A DNA stretch of 64,000 bases from Eledone cirrhosa (taxonomy: Eukaryota). Where the stretch lies: the NCBI GenBank assembly GCA_964016885.1, contig OZ024756.1, positions 27,280,001-27,344,000 of the forward strand. Reading direction: 5' to 3'. The notes beneath the pieces were generated by a model. That model made no database searches and had not been told where the DNA came from. It was given only the letters and a program-made list of their open reading frames with translations. The translations under genes and the position numbers were made by a program. Positions 56,431-64,000 of this stretch are shown one piece after another (within the stretch, counting starts at the first letter, position 1; every line of letters starts with the position of its first letter).

Positions 56431-56887
56431 TAATGCGCTCAGGACTTAGGGCAGGGCAGTGTCTGGGCATTGGCATCTTAAGGGAGTATGATCTATGATT
56501 TAAAAGAGGAGATTTCTCTGTTATTTCTAGTAGATCGAGCTACAACAGGAGGTATTTTCCGTTGTCTCAGAAAAAGTTCAAGATATGATAGTTCTAAAAT
56601 TAGAAAAGACATTTCTTATTGCACTTATCTATGTAGTTAGTAAGTTCTAATTTAATTCATTCATTCAGCTTACAAACTCTGAAGGAATTCTCAGTTTTGT
56701 ATTTTCATGGTTTATACATCTCAATTTATCTTATTGCTAAACTTGAAATTAAAAACAACAAAGGTGTTGATATCTTTATCAAATTTCAGCCAAAATTAAA
56801 CAAAACAAAGATGACGGCGCCATCTACCGACTGGAATCTGTTTACTGTAATTGCTGCCGCTGATATAGACACATATCCTATATATAT

Positions 56888-57019
<132 letters not shown>

Positions 57020-57062
57020 TTGTTTTGTAAGGTTTTTGCTATGAAATCGTGTGTTGAAACAA

Positions 57063-57197
57063 ATATTGTTATACTTGTAGAGGGTCATATTGTTATAATA
57101 TTGCCAGAAATAATAACAGAACAAATTCAATTAGTGTGTTCTGTTATTATTTCTGGCAATATTATAACAATATGACCCTCTACAAATATAACAATAT
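57063..57197. repeat. ~60-bp-arm palindrome ending in (TA)n
   Basis: tattgttata...cagaaca / tgttctg...tataacaata. Confidence 0.85.
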
Positions 57198-57211
57198 ATA
57201 TATATATATAT

Positions 57212-57428
57212 GAAGGCGTGTGGCTGAGTGGTTAGAGTATTCGATTCACAATCGTGAGGTTGTGAGTTCGATTCCTGAACCAGGCGATGCGTTATGTCCT
57301 TGAGCAAGACACTTTATTTCACGTTGCTCCTTCTACCTGGAGTTGCGACCGATAGATAGTATTAGCAATTGGAAAGACCAACGGAAACATAGTTTCCTCG
57401 GTCCGATTTGACGAAAGTCGATCGACTA
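57212..57428 (+). mobile_element. SINE family 2 variant
   Basis: Reverse complement of 28718-28935. Confidence 0.8.
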
Positions 57429-57436
57429 GAAAATAA

Positions 57437-57470
<34 letters not shown>

Positions 57471-57532
57471 TGTGTGTCTTTGTGTGTGTGTTTGTTTGTT
57501 TATTGTGTTTGTATGTGTGTATGTATATATAT

Positions 57533-57563
<31 letters not shown>

Positions 57564-57784
57564 GTATATACACACATACACAATATATATACACATTCAC
57601 AATATATACATATATATGTATATATATATACATATATATATATACGTGTGTGTGTGTGTGTGTATTGTGTATGTGTGTGTGTGTATATATATATATATAT
57701 TGTGTATGTGGGTGTATATATATATATATATAACACGCATACACAATATATATATATACACATACACAATATATACATATATCG

Positions 57785-57825
<41 letters not shown>

Positions 57826-57896
57826 ATATATGCGTGTGTGTCTTTGTGTGTGTGTTTGTTTGTTTATTGTGTTTGTATGTGTGTATGTATATATAT

Positions 57897-57927
<31 letters not shown>

Positions 57928-58167
57928 GTATATACACACATACACAATATATATACACATACACAATATATACATATATATGTATATATATATACATATA
58001 TATATATACGTGTGTGTGTGTGTGTGTATTGTGTATGTGTGTGTGTGTATATATATATATATATTGTGTATGTGGGTGTGTATATATATATATATAACAC
58101 GCATACACAATATATATATATACACATACACAATATATACATATACACATACACAATATATACATAT

Positions 58168-58215
<48 letters not shown>

Positions 58216-58543
58216 GGCGAAGATATGGCTTATTCAAGCTCACTGTTATTTGAGCTCAAATATTTCCGAGGCCAACTTTTCGTTTTATCCTCTCAGGGTC
58301 GATTACTAAGATAACAAGTACAGGGATGTGAATTGTCTGAAGATTTAAATCAACAGAAGAGATACCTCGTGATATGTGTTCTTTGCCTTCTGATTTCAAA
58401 TACTCTTCTTGATTGGATTTGAGTGACAATTTTTTTCTTTTTTCTTTTGTTTGTGTTTGCTTTTTCAATACAGATATCATTTTTTCTAATTTTAAATAAT
58501 TTTTTTTTAAATTACTCTTATACCTTCATCTATTACAAAATAT

Positions 58544-58771
58544 TCATCCGGGGCTGCTGTCATTCCGATTTTACGGAGGAGGATGAGGAGAAGGTCGGCG
58601 CTGTCCAGGGACCAAAGATGCCACAGGTCTCGACGGTGACCGCCGGTGCAAAGTGGAGAGGTTGTACTGGTCATTATGCCAGTGGCGAAAGTGACCTCTG
58701 GCGTCCTTGAACCCCAGACAGCCAGCTGACCTCCTCCTTCGTAAAATCGGAATGACAGCAGCCCCGGATGA
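58544..58771. repeat. GC-rich segment bounded by ~40-bp inverted repeats
   Basis: tcatccggggctgctgtcattccgattttacg / cgtaaaatcggaatgacagcagccccggatga. Confidence 0.7.
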
Positions 58772-59196
58772 GGAAGGAGCCCAGCAAAAGGGGTGAGCTG
58801 GGGTGGATGTTGCAGCGGAAATCACTGGCCATTGTCCACGGAAATACCTTAGCCCTTTTGTCCGCGGGATGCAGCCTAAACACCTTTTTTTTTACTTAGG
58901 TACCTCAATTGACAATTGGCAAGACTAACAGCTGTTGTGAGTTGATAGTTTATTTATTACTCTCCAATTGAATTACTACTAGGTTCGTGTGGGACAATGA
59001 CACACCACGCCCTTCGTCTGTAATTAGCTTTTCTAAAATTTCACAGATATCTCGCTATTTACTTCACTGCACTTTATGAGCTGCTCAAAAATCAATCAAA
59101 CACAAAAACACGAGACTAAGAATGAAGCAAATATATAGTGGATGGAAACTACATAGTCGCCATATCTTTTTGCAATCAGAAAGTAACACGGTAAAG

Positions 59197-59350
59197 TGAA
59201 GGCGCGTGGCTTTGTGGTCAGGGTGTTTGGCTTACAATCGTAAGGCCGTGAATTCGATTCCCGGTGGTGCGTTGTGTTGTGTCCTTGAGCAAGACACTTT
59301 ATTTCACGTTTCTGCAGTCCACTCAGCTGACAAATATGAGTTATACCTGT
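59197..59350 (+). mobile_element. SINE family 2
   Basis: gaaggcgcgtggc...ttcgattccc...tgtccttgagcaagacactttatttcacg. Confidence 0.75.
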
Positions 59351-60959
59351 AACTCGCACATCCACACACAGTGGTAGACACACACACACACAGACACACA
59401 CACACAGTCATACGCACGTTCACACACAGAGGTACACACACACACACATGTCCATACACAGAGGTACACACACGCGCGTCCACACATTCACACACGCACG
59501 TCTACACATAGAGGTAGACACACACACACACAGATACACAGAGACACACACACACACACACACAGTCATACGCACACCCACACAGATATACAGACACACA
59601 GAGACACACGCACGCCCACACACAGAGGTAGACACATACACGTCCACACACAAAGAGACACACATAGATAAACACACGCACGCCCATACACAGAGAGAGA
59701 CACACACAGACACACACACGTACGCACAGAGAGGCATAAACTCTATGATAAGGAACCCTTTCATGAGAGAAAATGTAAAAGACAGAGAGGACTTCTGTAT
59801 GTTAAGTCAAGCAATCATCCGTAACTCTTGTTGTTGTTCTAATCATGATAAGCCGTGGAGTGGTGCGTAGTTATTGTGGCTGAGTGTATATGGGGGGGGT
59901 GTATATTGAGGGGGGGGTATATTGAGAGGGGGGGTATATTGAGGGGGTATATTGAGGGGGGAGGGGTATATTGAGAGGGAGGGGTATATTGATGGGGGGA
60001 GGGGGTATATTGAGGGTGGGTTGTTTTGGGGACGTTTATATTGAGGGCGAATACAGTCGATTTCTTCCAGAGAAGGACAGAGAGAGTGAAAGAAAGGAAG
60101 TGAGAAAGAGATATGGAGGAAGAATCGACGCCAGTACTTGACTGGTACTTTTCTTTATCGACCATGAATGGATGAAAGGCAAAGTTGCCCTCGCCGGGAA
60201 CTGAACTCGGAGAACAGAGAGCCGAAAGGAATGCTACAGTGCATTCGATCGGACGTTCTAACCACTCTGCCAATTCGCCACCTAGTATCGGTTTAGGATT
60301 GCTATTTCGATTAAGAGGCAATTATTGCTGCCATTAAGACCAACTTAGTCACCACCCACATGAGTTTGATTCTTGCGAGCGCATTATTTTTCATTGCTCT
60401 AGTTCATTCAGCTGGGGGGAAAGGAATTGTACCTGTAATTCAAAGAGACAACATTGTTACGTGCTGTGTCATGTTGAACATCCCTGAGAATTATATTAAG
60501 GGTACATGTGCCTGTAGGATGCTCAGCCACTCACACGTTAATTTTAGGAACAAGCTTCACCCTGTAGTCTATAGCTTATCTTACAATTTTTTGGCTATGA
60601 ATCAACAGAAGAAATAGTTCTTGGTTCCCAAAAGAGGTTATTGGGTGAGTTGTGTACTACTTCTGATAATGGTTTTTAATTTAGGCACAGAGTCAGCAAT
60701 TTGAGCAATTTAGAGAAGAACGCCGATCATATTGATACTAGTAATTAACTGATACTTTCATTTACCATAAAGTAAAGCTGTCTAACTAAACTAGATACCA
60801 ACCAACCGCCATTTTGTCTGTGAGGCACAGACGTAACACCTCTCTGACCTAGGTGTTGAAACTGTCACCCTCTTCGCTTCCCTCTTTCTTTCGTTGCTTA
60901 ATAATTATTACCCTTTCCCTCCTGTTCTTATCATTTATAGTCTTTTAAAATGCTACTAA

Positions 60960-62100
60960 CCCAGGTTCTGCTGTACTTCGGGCGGAGGAGGACAAACTCT
61001 CTAAATACCGGTCTCTCTCTGACAGGTTTGCGGTCGTGCCCTTGGCACTGGTGTCCTCGGCCCTAGGGCTACCTCCCTACTCACCACCTTAGGCACAGAC
61101 CTAGCTACTTGTAGCAGTGGAGACGTCTGGTGTCCTTGGACCTAGGGCTACCTCCCTACTCACCACCATAGGCGCTGAGCTGGCTACCTGTAGCAGTGGA
61201 GACGTCTGGTGTCCTTGGCCCTAGGGCTACCTCCCTACTCACCACCATAGGCACAGACCTAGCTACCTGTAACAGTGGAGACGTCTGGTATCCTTGGCCC
61301 TAGGGCTACCTCCCTACTCACCACCATAGGCACAGACCTAGCTACCTGTAGCAGTGGAGACGTCTGGTGTCCTTGGCCCTAGGGCTACCTCCCTACTCAC
61401 CACCATAGGCACAGACCTAGCTACCTGTAGCAGTGGAGACGTCTGGTGTCCTCGGCCCTAGGGCTGCCTCCCTACTCACCACCATAGGCACAGACCTAGC
61501 TACCTGTAGCAGTGGAGACGTCTGGTGTCCTCGGCCCTAGGGCTGCCTCCCTACTCACCACCATAGGCACAGACCTAGCTACCTGTAGCAGTGGAGACGT
61601 CTGGTGTCCTTGGACCTAGGGCTACCTCCCTACTCACCACCATAGGCACAGACCTAGCTACCTGTAGCAGTGGAGACTTCTGGTGTCCTCGGCCCTAGGG
61701 CTACCTCCCTACTCACCACCATAGGCGCTGAGCTGGCTACCTGTAGCAGTGGAGACGTCTGGTGTCCTTGGCCCTAGGGCTACCTCCCTACTCACCACCA
61801 TAGGCACAGACCTAGCTACCTGTAGCAGTGGAGACGTCTGGTATCCTTGGCCCTAGGGCTACCTCCCTACTCACCACCATAGGCGCTGAGCTGGCCATCC
61901 GCAGGTGTGAGTCTCGCCAGATGGAATGGCTCTTCCAGCGCATCTCCCTCGCCATCCTCCGGGGAAACGCCTTCTCCATTCTGTCCGCCGGGGCTGTGGG
62001 GCAGCCGACGTGTGGGACCCCATTTGCTCACTATACAGAGAGATGGGGAGGGCGAGAGAGATGGAGGAGATGACAGTGGGAGTTCGGCTCTTCTGTGTTC
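60960..62100 (+). mobile_element. CRE-like LINE 3' end (RLE domain) with an internal 79-bp tandem amplification (~10.5 copies)
   Basis: AEEDKLSKYRSLSDRFAVVPLA...VETSGILGPRATSLLTTIGAELAIRRCESRQMEWLFQRISLAILRGNAFSIL; gtggagac recurs at 61117, 61196, 61275...61828. Confidence 0.8.
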
Positions 62101-62199
62101 GGACACATTGCAACTGTCATGTGGATCACGTGATAATTTCATTTTACTTGTCACGGTTATCAGCAGGCTCGTTGATAAAATACTGATGTAAGAGATAAT

Positions 62200-62382
62200 T
62201 GTTTCTTCGTTAGGCACAAGGCAGCAATTACCCAGTGCATTACTGGTACTTTATTTTATCGACCCCGTAAGGATGAAAGGCAAAGTCAACCTCGGCGGGA
62301 TTTGAACTCAGATCGTAAAGGGACGTAACTATGCTGGAAAGCATGGCGTCCGACCCTCTACCGATACTGCCAATCCACCGCC
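62200..62382 (-). mobile_element. SINE family 1 with an imperfect ~20-bp TSD
   Basis: Near-identical to 1365-1550; flanks tactgatgtaagagataat and tattgatgttgtaagagataat. Confidence 0.85.
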
Positions 62383-63019
62383 CTATTGATGTTGTAAGAG
62401 ATAATTCACCGCCCTATTGATGTTGTAAGAGATAATTCACCGCCCTATTGATGTTGTAAGAGATAATTCACCGCCCTATTGATGTTGTAAGAGATAATGT
62501 TACTTTATTTTTCTTTGATTGGTTTCTATTGATTTGTTTCATTATATAAATTACATAAATTAAAGTTTTTATTCACTAAGCAAAGTTGGCTTAAAAACCA
62601 TTGAGGATTACCTAAATATGAAAAAGAAAGTAATAAGAAAAAGGGGGAAGGGATAAAGAAGGGCAGATCTGGCTGTATTTGAAAGTAGAGGAAAGGACTA
62701 TAAGTGCCATGAATGAGATGTGTCCCTATATGGGACCAGCGATATTAAAATGAGATGAAAGGGAGGGAAAATGCAAGGACTCTTGGACCACAGAAGAAAA
62801 GGAGAGCGAATGGGAAAGGGCGATGGGCTCTAGGTCTTGGGCAGGTCGGTGTTGGGGCTGTTCTCCGAGGAAAATTGTGTTTATATGTACAAAATAAAAT
62901 AAATAAAGATTTTCTGATTGTATAGAAAGAAAAATGTGAGTGGTGAAAAATGCCTCAGGACTGAAAACAGAAGCCTGCGGGTTAATTCACGAAGTGGTCA
63001 ATAGACAGATGGAATAGAT

Positions 63020-63388
63020 CTGCGGCTCTCAAAGTGGGCGCTACCACCACCCCGTGTGGGGGGGGGACATTGAAAGGTCCAGGGAGGGCACTGGAGCATA
63101 AGGGAGCAATGGGGGTGATAGAGATGATATAATAGTATATTAAATATCATATAAATATAATATATTAAATATCATAGATATAGTCAAATAAAAAATATAT
63201 ATATAATATTTATTTATACATAGTATATATTATATTATTTATTATATATCGATTAACGCTTTTATTTATTATATATTATTTACAATTTGCATGAAGGCAG
63301 GTCTCTCTGGAAATAGGGGTGGAGGGCGTTGAGGGTATTACGTGGCCGTGTGGGCTGGGAGGAGGCAAAAAAAGTTTGAGAACCTCTG
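63020..63388. mobile_element. hAT-type MITE
   Basis: Ends ctgcggctctcaaa / tttgagaacctctg; 8-bp flanks gaatagat / gaataggt. Confidence 0.65.
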
Positions 63389-63762
63389 GAATAGGTCGTG
63401 GTGTCATATCGGGTGGGTCACGTTTATACCTTCATCTTTTGATCTCCAAATATATTTGGAGAGTGTTGTGTGTCTTGGGTGTATTCCGTACACTGATGGC
63501 TTTATACAAACAATTTTAATAGAATATATACCCCATGCTTCTAATATAGGAGTGTCTCAATCGGTTTTATATTTTAGTACAAAAAACAAACATTAATATG
63601 TGTGTATGTGTATTTATGTGTGAAAGTGTGTACAATTGTATGTAGATGTGTGTACGTGTATGTATGTGTATGTATGTGTGTGTATGTTTGTGTATGTACG
63701 TAGACAAGCGTGCACACACACACACACACACACACACACGTGGTGGAAGCTAATGAAATAAT

Positions 63763-63972
63763 GGTTTCTTATATAGGCACAAGGCCAGCAATTGGTGGGG
63801 GGGGTCGATTAAATCGACCCCAGTGCGTGACTGGTACTTTATGTTATCGACCCCGTAAAGATGAAAGGCAAAGTTAACCTCGGCAGGATTTGAATTCAGA
63901 TTATAAAGAGCCGTAACTCTATGCTGCAAAGCATGGTGTCCGACCCTCTACTGATACTGGCAATCCACCGCT
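63763..63972 (-). mobile_element. SINE family 1
   Basis: Core, B box and A box in reverse orientation. Confidence 0.8.
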
Positions 63973-64000
63973 CTTAAGGGGGAGCTAATGAAATAATAAT

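Noticed and set aside
55790-56476. 228-aa Pro-rich ORF
   Set aside because: Translation of a GC-rich minisatellite.

Overview
AT-rich, repeat-dominated eukaryotic DNA, most consistent with a cephalopod (Octopus-like) genome; this is inferred from the SINE families and microsatellite density. Nearly all ORF-track entries are translations of (TA)n/(CA)n/(GA)n microsatellites. One convincing host exon was found: the first coding exon of an IP3-receptor-like gene on the minus strand (12822-12931). The rest is tRNA-derived SINEs, LINE fragments (one uninterrupted 5'-truncated RTE RT ORF, plus CR1, RTE, R4 and CRE remnants), hAT- and piggyBac-like MITEs and satellites. The main signal is a ribozyme system. 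A 310-bp tandem array (43715-48153) carries 14 apparently identical type I hammerhead ribozymes (retrozyme-like), and its internal inversion point sits 2-3 nt from the predicted self-cleavage site. At least seven further hammerhead families are present, several as head-to-head fold-back insertions in (TA)n tracts, as expected for Penelope-like-element-mobilised RNAs. All coordinates and structures were read by eye, not computed.
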